Source: Utricularia gibba
Lineage: Eukaryota > Plantae > Magnoliophyta
Assembly: GCA_002189035.1 (NCBI GenBank)
Contig: CM007990.1
Span: 4,774,001-4,838,000 of the forward strand
DNA length: 64,000 nucleotides
Direction of reading: 5' to 3'
Part shown: positions 14,856 to 28,200 of the stretch, piece by piece
Layout of the letters: the number at the start of each line of letters is the position of its first letter
Numbering within the stretch: position 1 is the stretch's first letter
Program-made: the position numbers and the translations under genes
The notes under the pieces: generated by a model
What the model saw: only the letters and a program-made list of their open reading frames with translations
Databases searched by the model: none
Told to the model about the DNA's origin: nothing

Positions 14856-16634
14856 TTACAAACACTGGTTGTGCATCTGAAAGTCTCCGGCTTTGGAGTG
14901 TACACCGCGGTAAACAGCTCCTGGGCATAGCTCACCTATGGAATCGATATAGCGGTAACCATTGTACTCTCTCAGACAAGTCCAGCCACGCCGAGCTAGG
15001 AACCCGTGGAAATCATCATCGGTGTAGAATGTCTTATCCTCGGAGTGGACTGGCATGTGACTGGATTCTTCATAATAGCATACTTTCACAGTCACACCTG
15101 CAATTATAGGAGCCGCCAGATGAAGGTGAGGGACTTTATGGTTCCTTCTCAATCAAGCACTGTGGTTTAGAGATGCCTCACCTTCATCAACATGTATGGT
15201 GTAGTTTCCCAGAGGCATGTTCCTGTCGATTGCCCGGATGACATTGTCCTCATCTTCCAACCAAAAGGCACGCTTGGTTCTTAGTCCAAAAGCAGATTTT
15301 ATGGCTTCTTTAATGGCATCTGAGGATGCGTCGATCCCAACTCTCTTTGTGTATGCCATAAATTTAACAATTATCACCCTCCCTTCGTATGGGTTGCTAT
15401 CTTCACCTAAAGAAAATGGAACCACTCTTGAAGTTAAATGTATGGTTCGGGCCATGTTGAGCTGTTACTTGAACCAATGCAAATAAATTCCCCTAACCAG
15501 ATCCAGGAGTTCCTCTCCAATTCCAAGGAGATACTCCCTCTGCCCCAATAGTGTCAGCTGCGGCTATGGCAAGAGGATGTCCCTCGTGATCCAAACTCCT
15601 TTCCAGATTTAAGGTTGATCTGCCATTAGCTAGAAATTTCCACAAGACATAAAGCCCACGTCAGAAGCAAAATACTCTCATTAAACTTCGATATGAAACA
15701 TAGAACATGATGGATGTGCTATCCTTCCTAAATGAATTAAAAATAAATAGCAAAGAATCTAGATGCCGAAGGTCACCTTCGACTGGACCAAAAGTAAGAC
15801 TGGTTTCATCAATAGCTGCATGGGAAAATTCGAAATTTGTTATGTTTGTCAAACATAAAACAGGGGAACTCGGGAAAACTATACATTCTTTGCACATGAA
15901 GCAAATAAGAGGGGGGGGGGGGGGGGATACATACATCAAATAAAACAAGCAAGAGATCGAAGAATAATGTTTGTCATTGCAAGCATAGAGCATCTTAAAC
16001 CAAAGAATAGGATGTTAGAATCAAAACTTAAACCTTTATCTGCGAAATTCATAAAGGAATCGACTTTAGAAGCTCCAGCATTATTGGAAACTGAAGGGTT
16101 TTTCCAACTCGGCCCATTTTTGTTCCTCTCATTCAGGATCTCCTCAATATCTTTGTAACAATTCAGCTTTGCAGACCCATTCCCACTTCCATCTGGACTG
16201 TTGTGCTTAGCTTTCTTGTACTCCTTCAACAAATTCCTCCACTTGTCAGTGCACATCGTCGGCGATCTATCAAACCCCTTTTCCTTCATTTTCATGGAAA
16301 TATTTTCCCACAAGTGTTTGTTAGACTTAGAAGTATTGAACAGCAAATCAATGTCCTTACGAAGAGAAACGAGAAGCCGAGTTTCTTCCTGAACCCAAGT
16401 CTCAGCTCGCTTCTTAGGGCCGGATGAACATCCTGGATTCGAGTGGTTATGGTTAAAGGTGTTCGAATGATCATCTCCGCCGTTGTTGTCGGGGACCACA
16501 ACGTCCGTGAGTTGGAGACTCGATTCAGCGGGGACTGGGATGATCATGTTATTCTGATGAGGCGATTCTTGTTTGCCATTGTAGAAATCGAGAGCCAATT
16601 CCTCTTCAGCTGACCTCTTATCGGACATAAACAT
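14856..16634 (-). CDS. GT-1: Trihelix transcription factor GT-1/GT-4 type (5 exons)
   Basis: ATG 16634 MFMSDK; trihelix [53 protein letters not shown]; C-terminal [43 protein letters not shown]. Exons splice in frame. Confidence 0.93.
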
Positions 16635-16650
16635 GGTTTCCCCTGTGCCA

Positions 16651-17016
16651 ACTGCCAACTCACTCTTCTTCTTCCCGGAATTGGGATTTCTCCCAAGTAG
16701 GGTTCTGGGTTTCTGCAATTCCACAGAATCATTCCCTAACGGGTCTGTCGATTCGGGCCGACCCTAGGCCCATTTCTGCTCACTGAAATAGTAAAAACAT
16801 GGGCTCACTGCCCATCTTCACGAAACTGCCAACTCTCTCTTCTTCTTCCCGGAATTGGGGATTTTTCTCAAGTAGGGTTCTGGGTTTCTGCAATTCTGAT
16901 CACTGAAATAGTAAAATCATTCTCTAACGGGTCTGTCGATTCCGGCTGATCCTAGACCCATTTCTGCTCACTGAAATTGTAAAAACATGGGCTCACTGCC
17001 CACCTTCACAAAACTG
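16651..17016. repeat. Two-copy tandem duplication (period about 174 bp, roughly 90% identical) of the GT-1 5' leader and proximal promoter
   Basis: actgccaactc(a/t)ctcttcttcttcccggaattggg...catgggctcactgccca at 16651 and again at 16825. Confidence 0.92.
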
Positions 17017-17818
17017 AGTCTGAGACCTCTCCAGACCACCATGCAGGAGACTTTCAACCATTGTTCCAGACACAGGGACCATGCTGCAGCTATCCCATCT
17101 CAAAGGGATGAATGTTCGAAGATGCTTCTCCGACCTACAGCTCATTGAATTATGGTTTGCTTATTATCAAGGTTTTGGGTGAAAACATTCATGTATCTCT
17201 GCACTACACAAAAATGGGGTGACTGCAGAAACATTACGAGCATCCCACGGCACTGTTCTCATGTGAAATCATTTATGTTGGAAAAAATTAAAAAGAAAAA
17301 GCACCAGAAAGAGCCAGAGGTTTTCTACAGACGACAAGGGAAAAAGATCCTAGTTGTCACCAAAAAGCAAAGTGCTAAAGCACAAAAAAAAAAAAAAAAA
17401 AAGAAGCGGCGAAGGGTGAGATAATGGCTTCTTTCTATTTGCATTTTCTGTTTCTCGAATATTTGGGGCATCATCAGACAGAGGGATGGCATTCAAAAAA
17501 GCTGTATTTCAATTCTGTAATTTCACGCTTCTGGCAGACGCTACACGTGGATGCTCTCTTCTGTAGTTTTGGGTTGGATGAAGTTAGATGAATTTCATTG
17601 AAAACTTATACGTATATGAAGCGAATTTGTTGTCTTTTTACCAAAAAGGGAGAATCAAAGCTTCATCTGGAAATGAGTGTGAACACCACTTTTACTTTAG
17701 TTGAACGATGCTAATCTCTTAATCAAAAAGGCCATTGGTCAGCAAAGCTCAAGGTATTCTGCTCTCTGTGGCCTGAAGAAAAATGCTGTGAAGGCGAGAT
17801 TTTTCTTTAATCTTCGAT

Positions 17819-20800
17819 ATGGAAATCGGGCCAAAGTTCTTGGTTCTGCTTCTCTTGCTGATTCCTTCTGGTTTTAGCCAGGTTACAGGTAAGTGGAAAC
17901 ATGTATTTTTGTTGCTTAGGTTGTTTTCACGTCGATCTGAAGCTACCCTTTATCTCATTCTTTGCAAAAACGAAGATTTCGTGAGTATAGACTGTGGAGC
18001 TGCGAGTAACTATACAGATAACCGGACGGGCTTGCCTTGGATTTCTGATGCTGGAGTTCAAAGCCAGGGTTTATCGATCAGAGTTGGGGACGCATATGGG
18101 AACTCTGTCCAGTATGAAACAAGGAGGGATTTCCCAACAGACAACAAGAAGTATTGCTATAGGCTTGTTACAGAAGAAAGAAGGCGATATTTGGTTAGAG
18201 CAACGTTCCTGTATGGGAATCCAGTAACTGAGGGAACGTATCCCAAGTTTCAGCTATATCTGGATGCTACAAAATGGGCCACTGTTACTGTGATGGAAGC
18301 TTCAAGAGTTTACATTAAGGAAATGATAATCAGGGCTCCTTCCAAGTTTATCGATGTATGCTTATGCTGTGCAACCACAGGTTGTCCATTGACTCATTTG
18401 ATTTCACAGATATGGAACAGAAAACTTCACAGTGTTTGTCCTTGTCACAGGTTCTCCATTTATATCTACAATTGAATTGAGGCCCTTGAACCTGTCAATG
18501 TATGCAACAGACTATGAAGATGATTTTTACTTGAAAGTAGCTCAAAGAATAGATTTTGGTGCCTTTACACCAGAAGCCATAAGGTAATTACTTCTCATAG
18601 TGAAAAAGATCAATTCTTATATGGGTTGTAGATGTATAATTTCAGGATACTAGGAATTGATACTTTCATGTGTCTCAGGTATCCTGATGATCCTTACGAC
18701 CGTATATGGGAATCAGATCTTGATCGGCGGCCTAACTTTCTAGTTGGAGTTGCCGCAGGGACGGAGAGAATCAGTACAACTAATAACATAGATGTCAATA
18801 CAAGAGAGTATCCACCAGTCAAAGTAATGCAAACTGCAGTTCTTGGTAGTAAAGGGAGCCTCACCTACAGGCTAAATCTCGAGGACTTTCCAGCTAGCGC
18901 TCGAGCTTATGCATATTTTGCGGAGATTGAAGAGTTGGGGGCAAATGAAACTAGAAAATTTAAAATGGATCAGCCTTACATGCCTGACTACAGCAATGCA
19001 GTTGTTAACGTAGCTGAAAATGCCAATGGAAGTTATACACTTTATGAACCAAGTTACATGAACGTAACTCTGGATTTTGTTCTCACATTCTCATTTGTCA
19101 AAACCCGGGATTCATCTCGAGGGCCATTATTAAATGCAATGGAGATTGCCAGATATGTAGGGATCGCTCCCAAGACAGATGAAAAAGATGGTAAAATATA
19201 AAAATTCCGAATTTTAGTTCAAGAGTAGCTGCCCCTTTTCAGCATTTGTGTTAAATGACAACTTGTTTTGGCCGACGGAAGTCAGCAACCTCAATTCCCT
19301 GCTTTTGATGTCTGGACAAAGTGTATGGGCGGAGGTAGGTGGTGATCCATGTACACCTACAAACTGGGAATGGGTGAGTTGTAGCTCCACAGCACCACCA
19401 AAAATCATCAAGATGTAAGCCAATAACACTTCCTAACTTATTTTGTAAGCCATGCTAAAAGGTGAAGATTATCATCTCTTATTATTTCATGCAGACTGCT
19501 TTCTAGATCAAATTTAACAGGTAAAATCCCTCTGGAGCTCAACAGCCTGGATGGATTGATAGAACTGTAAGCGTGCTCTAACTACCATTGAAACCTCAGT
19601 TCTCGGCTATACGCTATCCTTTAACGTTTCTGCTTCCACGTGCCCAGATGGCTGGATGGAAACTCACTCAACGGCCCCATACCGGATCTTAGTGGTCTGA
19701 TAAATTTAAAAATACTGTAAGCTCCTAAATTGACTACCTGGATCACAAAAGGTTCTTAATTTAGTTATTCAACTCTGAGTTATATTGTCTGGTCACTGCA
19801 GCCATCTAGAGAATAACCAATTGACAGGTTCGATACCTGCTTATCTGGGTAAACTGCCATCTCTACAACAACTGTAAGTAGCAACACGCTGATTTTGTTA
19901 CTGTCATGGCAAACTCAGTCCCTAAATTCTTTCTTGGCATCAAAACGAACATCTACTTTAATCATATATTTGTATCATTGTTCTTGAGACTTTAGATAAA
20001 TACTGGTGCTTCACACTTCAATGATTGTAGATGTACATGCTTGTGCAGGTATCTTCAGAACAACTCTCTGAGTGGCAAAATACCTCCATCACTGCTTAAA
20101 GGAAACATAAGTTTCGGGTGAATATACCTTCCTTATTATGTAGTGAAAATAATGTGTTAACCAAATCAAGCATCGGCCAAACTATTCTCATTGCAGCTAT
20201 GCAGGGAATCCCCATCTCATGCGAGCATCAAGAGCACATAATGCAACTGTGATTGGGATTTCAGTTGGAGTGCTCACTATCCTCTTTCTTCTCTGCATCG
20301 CAAGCCTGTATCTTCTGCATCATACCTGTAGAAGGAAACCTCTCCAAATGCATGGAAAAGGTTTTTCTTTATAAATTCAGAAAGTTTTGCAACTTCTACC
20401 TAGTGAGATTAAGATTTTGGAACACTGAGTTAACATGGTCTGGATACTCATCCCAGTCATGTGGATTTGTGTCAAAAATTAATTCAATGCTTTATTTTGA
20501 GAATCAGGTGCATCGTTGCGAGCCAGCTCCAAGGCATCAACAAGCAGGTACTTGGTCACAAGAGGTGGGACTGTGACGGAAGAAGGTGGGGCTTACTGCA
20601 TACCTCTCCCTGATATAGAAGAAGCTACAAGCAGTTTTTCAAAGAAAATTGGGAAGGGAAGTTTTGGGCCTGTGTATTATGGGAGAATGAAAGATGGGAA
20701 AGAGGTAGCAGTAAAAACCATGGCTGATACGTCTAGTCATGGTGCCAAGCAATTCTTCACAGAGGTATTGATTGTTGTGGTCTCTCTCTTGTGATGCAGT

Positions 20801-21960
20801 CTAAAATTTTAACATATTACACAAAAGTACTCACACATCCGGTTGCAGGTAGCACTTTTGTCAAGAATCCATCACAGAAATTTGGTGCCTTTAATTGGAT
20901 ACTGTGAAGAAGGGAATCAGCCTATGCTTGTATATGAGTACATGCACAATGGGTCATTAAGGGATCATGTTCATGGTTCGTATGTTCAGTTAAAAGGATT
21001 AGCTCATGAGACTATGAGAAACTGACATAAAATTGTTGACAGATGTTGAGAACAAAAAGCATCTGGACTGGCTAGTGCGTCTTCAGATAGCTGAAGATGC
21101 TGCTAAAGGTGAGAGATGCAATTTCCTTTTCTTTTCCCTTGATAAATTTAACACCTTAAGCTTTGCACACCATAGGCCTTGAGTATCTGCACACGGGGTG
21201 CAATCCAAGCATAATTCATCGAGATGTCAAAACAAGCAACATCCTGCTTGACATAAACATGAGGGGAAAGGTTTCTGATTTTGGACTCTCTAGACAAGCT
21301 GAGGAAGATCTGTCTAGTGTTGCACGTGGAACTCTGGGCTATGTTGATCCAGAGTAAGCTGGAAACCACCACAACCTGAAGCACATGACGACCATTCTTT
21401 TTTCGATTTTCTGCAGACACAGCTACTGATAATCATGTGTTTAAATCAGGTACTATGCCAGCCAGCAGCTAACAGAAAAGAGTGATGTGTATAGTTTTGG
21501 AGTTGTTCTCCTGGAACTCATCTCCGGTAGAAAGCCTGTCTCCATCGAGTATGGTTCCGACTGGAGCATCATTCATTGGGTAAGCTCATCTCTGCTAGGC
21601 AACTTCCTCTTCTACAAGAAACTGATACATTCTGTTTCCCAGGCAAGGTCACACATCCGCAAAGGAGATGTGATCAGCATCATTGATCCCAGGCTTGTGG
21701 GGTCAGTGAAAGTAGAGTCCATTTGGCGAATAGCAGAGGTTGCAACGCAATGCATCGAGCAGCACGGCTACGACAGGCCAAGGATGCAAGATATCATACT
21801 GGCAATACAAGATGCCATCAAGATTGAGAAGGGGACCGATTTATTTGGCTCCCCAGATAGTTCAAAGGCGCAGTCATCCAGGAAAACACTCCTGACAAGC
21901 TTCCTTGACATCCAAAGCCCTGATCTTTCCAATGGATCTCTAAACCCTTCAGCTAGATAA
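17819..21960 (+). CDS. Malectin-like domain LRR receptor-like Ser/Thr kinase, At1g67720-like (LRR-I)
   Basis: Signal peptide; [44 protein letters not shown]; four short LRR exons; TM helix; kinase [49 protein letters not shown]; ends LNPSAR-stop. Confidence 0.95.
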
Positions 21961-23339
21961 GGAGTTCCCCTTGTCTGAATTCCTTGAAGCCCCAAATCTA
22001 GACAAGAATCAGGACATAAATGGATCTGAGTAGTGCGCTTGTTTTGTGCATGCTTTTTTGGACAATGCAGAACCAGATGATTCATCCCTAGCTATCAATC
22101 ACTTGAAAATATCACAGTGATTCCCGTGTAGCCCGGACACCAAACACTACCAACACACTCAACTGCAAGATGTGACCTGATGGGAAGTAGGTAGGTTGAT
22201 CTCATGAACGAGAGTTTTGCACAAAGCTCATGCCCATCCACGACAGTCAGCTGCATCAAGAGTGGTCGCTTTCCTCCAAAAGTCGTCTCCATCCATCATT
22301 TGCCATTGCTCATTTTGTGCAGGTTCCATCTTCCATATTTTGACTAAGTTTTTTTAATCTCTAGGAACAAAAAAAAGGTTGGGGTAGATCAACAATACTT
22401 TTCAATTATTGTTTTTAATAGTATAGAATTTGAGTGTTTGTTTTTCAATAAGCTTACTTTTGGATTTATATATTTTTTTAAGTATAAAACTATTCATATT
22501 TAATAAAAAATGATTTTTTTTCATGAAAAGAAAGCTATTTCAAACAATCAAATTCTATTTGTTTGTCTTCATGAAAAAAATTCAAATATTCTTTTTAATA
22601 AAATAAAAATTGAGATTTTACAACTCAATATAGAAAAATACTTTAAAAATTCGTTAGTTTTTTTATTGCAACAACCCTACCCCGTCCCAATGCATAAATG
22701 CTAGTAGACTCAAAAGGATCCCAATTGGAAGCTGCGAATACGACACCGTTTCATTGACCATTTAATCACAATTATATACTCGAATAATTAGGTAAACAGG
22801 CCAGCTAATCATGGCTCTCGTCCTGACTTTCCGTTACAGCAGGTTCATCAATACAAAAATATCACCTAAAAAAACCATGTTATTTCACTGAGAAATGAAA
22901 AAAAAAAAATTGTCATTGCATTCATGTCTTGCAAATAATTGGAGAGTAATGGTGTGCATCATGGCTTTTAAAGGGGAGGAGGAGAAAGTGGAGCAGGAGC
23001 TTTGAAATTGCTGTGGGAAACGCGCAACCAGAGGCAGGAACAGTCAAGCCTTTAGAGGGAGGTGATGCCCTGTCTGAAGTGAAACCCAAACTTCTGTTTT
23101 TGCCTTCTCCTCAATTCGCCCCACTTTCTTTATAAGCATCTCTTCGCTTGTATGAATGAGGAGGGGGTTATCCAGTTGGGTTTCTCGAGAAAGACTGGCT
23201 TTTGGTGCTAGCCGTAGCCACACCTTGCAGTTTTTCACTTACCCAGAAAGGGAGCCTTTCTGATTCTTTTAAAAAGCTTATAGGAAGCACTCAGAGCGTG
23301 CTGTCCTTTGAGGCGGAAGAAGGAAAAGAGAGCTGGGGG

Positions 23340-24802
23340 ATGGAGATGATGCATTACCAGCAAATGAGCAGGAGTTCATGCAGAGATTCCATCAAGGTTT
23401 TGGAGTCTGATATTCAGCATGCAAATGATCTGTAAGATGTTCTGGTTTCACCCCCTGTTTTTCTGCTCTTCCCCTTTCTGCCTCTTAATTAAGCTTCAGT
23501 TTCGTAGATTTTAGCAGCCCTTTTGTTTCTGTAACTGCATTAGAATCAACCTCTTGAAACTCCTGCTGCAAAATTGTGTATATCTCTTGGAGAGGAGTGT
23601 ATTGTTCTGCTTTCCAACTTCTGAGTAATAGTGAATGCGTGTGCTGTTGAAAGGGCTCAGGGCTTTAGTTTCATCATTCTGCAAAAATTTTTACAGAGTT
23701 GGTTTGCTTGTTACCTTTCTCTTCTTCTTCTTCGTTTTCTCCTCTCTTTTGTGTGGTTCTGGAAGCGCCATTTCACACCAGAGTCGTCGGGTTATTGATG
23801 GCACTGCTCAGTAGGATGATGTCTGCAAGACGAAAAGTCAAACACAGTGGCTGAATCCTTCCTGTAAATTGTTCTGTTCCTCAGGGCTGCTGCCATTCCA
23901 ACAGCTGAGGGAGGGATGCGTTATCAGATGAAGCTTGTTCACAACAGGCTGATGCCGCTACTCCTTTATTTTCTTCAATGGATAGATTGCTCCTGCTCCT
24001 ACAGTTGCTTTTTACCAAGATACTTGAATCTGTTTCACGTTCTCATTTATAAGGTGTGTCTCCTGGCCCCTTTTCTTCGACCCTGGTAGCACATGGAACT
24101 CAAGAGTGTCTGTTTACCAACAGGTGTATGATGGGAGGCCAAGAATGTCAACTCATGGAAGAAGAGCATCCATCAGGGAATTCTATGGTTTGTTCTGGTC
24201 CTCTTCCCCTTGTCTTGTGCCTTCGAAGTGCTCAATTTGGTTAAAACATACTGCATGATGGCAGCTGTAATACTTCCATCACTCGAACAACTTCACCACA
24301 ATCTGATGGAGGAGCTGGAGTCTGCAGATGAAGCTAATCATGCGTTGAGCACAGGGAAGAAGAAGAAGAAGAAGATGATGATGATACCAGGAGGTTCCGA
24401 ATCAGATGGAGACGACGAATGTGGAATATGCTTGGATCCCTGTAGCAGAATGGTTGTGCCTAATTGCTGCCATTCCATGTGCATCAACTGTTACCGCGAC
24501 TGGTATCAAGTGTATGCTGTTGGGTAGATGTTGCATACGCTTCATTTTTCTGGTGAAGGTTTCTCAACATCGTACTGTGTCCATTTTGCAGGAGCACAAG
24601 ATCCCAATCCTGCCCTTTTTGTCGAGGCAGCCTCAGGCGGGTTAAGTCCCAGGATTTGTGGGTTTTAACCTGCAAAGATGAGGTGATTGACAGAGAAACA
24701 ATATCAAGAGAAGAAGTGCAAAGATTCTACCTTTATATAAGGAACCTGCCCAGGGACTCCCCAGATTCAATGTTCTTAATGTATTATGAATACCTGATAT
24801 GA
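23340..24802 (+). CDS. C3HC4 RING E3 ubiquitin ligase, AIRP2 family (At1g13195/At1g24440-like), 5 exons
   Basis: DSIKVLESDIQHAN, VYDGRPRMSTHGRRASIREFY-AVILPSLEQL, RING CGICLDPCSRMVVPNCCHSMCINCYRDW-STRSQSCPFCR, ends MYYEYLI-stop. Confidence 0.92.
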
Positions 24803-25236
24803 TTGGGAGAAGTAGTGGAAGCCGACCAACTGCGTTTTAGAGTCTGGTAAAGGCAAACTTCTCCCATAACTTGTCTCAATAAAAACCAAATCAACCACTT
24901 TCTGTCATGGATTGCTTTTTTCTAAGATCATGAATATTATGGCAATGGATGCATGGATATGCGAATGGAAAACGAGAACTGATACAGGAACAAGAAAAGA
25001 TTGAAACTATTGTAAAACCAGATTATATTGAGTGATACATGATACCTAGTTGGTTCATCTTGGGAATCTTCTCATGATATTGCTGGGCTATACCTGAAGA
25101 ATTAGATTACCAGAAGAATATGCAATGCAATCACATGATATAGACATGAATCTGCGGTGTTCATCTGAGAACTCAATACAAAAATCAAAACTCGCTATTG
25201 ATGTGTTCATCCTAAATAGGCCAGTGGGCGGTTATT

Positions 25237-28200
25237 TTACTTCCATGCCTTTTTTCCACGGAACTGTTTGCCTGATCGTTGTTTCAACTTCTTCTCTTGA
25301 CGGGACTTCGCCATCTTTGACCGTTTTGCAGCGAGCGGCATGGCCTTTTTGTGTTCTTTTTGCCGGTTGCTTAAACCGCCAGTCTGATAATGAATCAAGA
25401 GGGAACACATTGGAAGATGAATTTCGAGTAAATAGATGAACTTCGAGTAAATAGGAGACATGAAGAGCTTCAATCAGAAAGCTAGCTAACCTTCTTTTGT
25501 TTTATAGCAGTACGGGATTGGTATTTCCCTCTTTCTTCCCGCCCTGCTCTAATCATTGCCAGCTTCTCGTCCTTTGTTAGCTTCCTCTTGATGTTTGCCT
25601 GTTACATTATTACAAATCCATCAGATTTGCTGAAGGTTAAAAGATGAACAACATTACCGCACCTCCAGTTTTGTGGCATCAACCCTCTTGGCGCTAAGTT
25701 GCTCAGAGTTGGGAATCTTGAAACCGTGCTGAGTAAGCAACGCTCTTGCATCATGCTTAGCCTAAAGCGCAATGTCATGAGGTCAAGAACTCACAAGACA
25801 TGATAAAGCTCGACACTAAAATGATGACCGCTAGGCTGTAGTAGGAAGGTTTTCCGTTGAGTTCAAAGGGATACAGACCTTAAGCTCCTTTATTCTTTGG
25901 AAATCCTCATTAGAAAGAATGCCATCATCTGTGTTTGCAGCTACATTATCGGTTGTTTTGGCCAATCTCTTTAGAGCACGGAGACTGTTTTGTGCAGCAT
26001 TCAGCTGCTCCTCAAAATCAGGCAACTTTCTCTTCCTGATACATGATGATTTCCTATGGTCTATACCGGCATTACCCTCAACGACATCATTACCTTCACT
26101 GGTATCACTTTCACTACCACATAATTTGTTCTCATCCACATCATCATTATCCTCACCCTCATCATCGCTGATTGCATCACTAGCACAAATTTCATCTTCT
26201 TCACTTCCATCAATTGTTTCACAATCTGAATTATTAGACATCTCAGATTTACTTTCGGGCTCCTCATTGCTTTGAGGATTCTGTTCATTCCCATCAGAAT
26301 CACCCTCATCTTGATCATCAATTGTCTCACCATCTGATTTAATTTCGGATTCCTCATTGCTTTGGGTATTATCTTCATCATCGAAGGAATCACATTTAAG
26401 CTCATCTTGATCATCATCATCATCATCATTTTGTTCCAGCAAATCAACACCGGATACATTGGCGGCAACGTGCACTTCACCATAAGCTTTGGGGCGGGCC
26501 TTAGGGTCAGAGGGCCTCCCTCTATCCTTCTTGACCAGTAGTGAAGGGCAAACCTGAAAAGATAACGTTAGCTGGTGTCCTAAACATCAGACGCCAAAAA
26601 GGAGTATGCTGTAGTCAGAAGATAAAACATACTTCTCTAAACAAAGTCAGAAGGGAACGGGCAGCAGATGAGACTGCTTTCTCATGCGACTTTCTGTACA
26701 AAACAAGGTCTTGAAGCAAATCTTCAGTCATTAACTGAGACAGAAAAAAACATTCAATAAATCTGTACCTTAAAATATGGAAATGGTCAGCATATAGTAC
26801 AAAGCAACTAAAATCAGTTACCAAGGGCATGCGCAGACAAATTTCGCGCACTACATTCAACCCAACAGATATTGCCTAGAAGAAAGATGAAATACCTCAG
26901 GAATATACAAAAAGAACTTAAATTCTCAAGACTGTTCCTCAGGATGAAGTACCTCAGGCCGTGACCGGTCATGCACAAATTGGTTAACTATTTGCTTGAA
27001 AAGTGGTTCAACAACATCAGGCGGTACCTATTGCGCAAAGCAACACAGGGGTATAACTTGGGTTGCATGCATGAAATAGTATTTATGAGCAGTATCTAGC
27101 TTGAGTAACGAATGTATATGAGTCAAGCAGAAAATACCATGTCATGGCAAGCCTGAACAGCAGCAGCAAGAAGATTGATGACATCCCATTGATGCGGCTG
27201 AAAAACAATTATAAGACCAATTAATTGGTAAAAATATTAGATTCCCATGCGTATTTGCAAGTATGCACCTGAACATATCGCTGAAAGTATGGATAGATGT
27301 TCAACAGAATTAAGCGATGAAGGCCAATGGTCCTGGCAATCACCTTGAGCATCATCATTTTTACCTGTAGGGAGACAGATTATGACGCACCTTTACAACA
27401 GCTTGGAGATCATAGATTCCATGTCGAAAAATAGATAAACTATCACCTCAAATCTTTCATTGCAAGATTGCAACCGTGAAAACAGCTTTTCAGCAAAGCC
27501 CTGCATTACGAGTGTGTACAATGTCTTTTATCAAAAACCAAGTCTTGGAAATATCACTGAAAAATGAAGGTCCCAGACAAACTTGTGCATCTTTCAAATT
27601 ATTCAGAGGGGAGTAGTAGTTGGAATCATTTTTTGCAGATGACACACGCTGCTGCTTCTTCATGCTGCGAATCACACGTTGCAATTTTGCCTTCTTTTTC
27701 TTTTTGCTTGATGTTGTACCTGTGTGGCTTGCCTGTATATTCAAAGAAAAGCATTGCCTTCGCAGAAAAGTTCTAGGGAGCATGAGGGGATAAATCTTAA
27801 CTAGTGGCTGTCAACCATCATTCATCAACATAAAGGAATGGAAACTATAAAAAGAAATTAAAAACAATACCAATTACACTCCCGAATAGATTGTTTTATT
27901 CAATAAGATAATTTCAGGATTGAATGAAAGCCATAATACCTTGTAAATGGCTTCTTTGTTAAGAACCACTTGAGACTTAGGAGCAACAGGATCATCTTCA
28001 CTTCCAGAATCATCTGTATCCTCATCATCTTCAATCTTCTCTAAATCAAGCAGAAACGACAAAACAGCTTTCATGATCCTAACAATGTAGGAAGCAAGAA
28101 AATGTCAATATATGAACTGAATGATAAAGTGCGGAAGTGAGTATAAGATATCTGACCTTGGGGACGCGTGAAAGGATGCCATGCATATTGCATTTGCCGT

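Noticed and set aside
15911-15926. G16 run in GT-1 intron 1 (and long A/T runs at 3644-3666, 17384-17402, 35531-35557)
   Set aside because: Simple mononucleotide runs with unreliable length; no evidence of function.
17040-17190. Frame reading LSHLKGMNVRRCFSDL, vaguely LRR-like; also the 22095-22292 ORF
   Set aside because: Too short and degenerate to support a pseudogene call.
22381-22683. AT-rich 300-bp segment bounded by GGGGTAG...CTACCCC, a possible MITE
   Set aside because: Only 7 bp of perfect inverted match and no target-site duplication.
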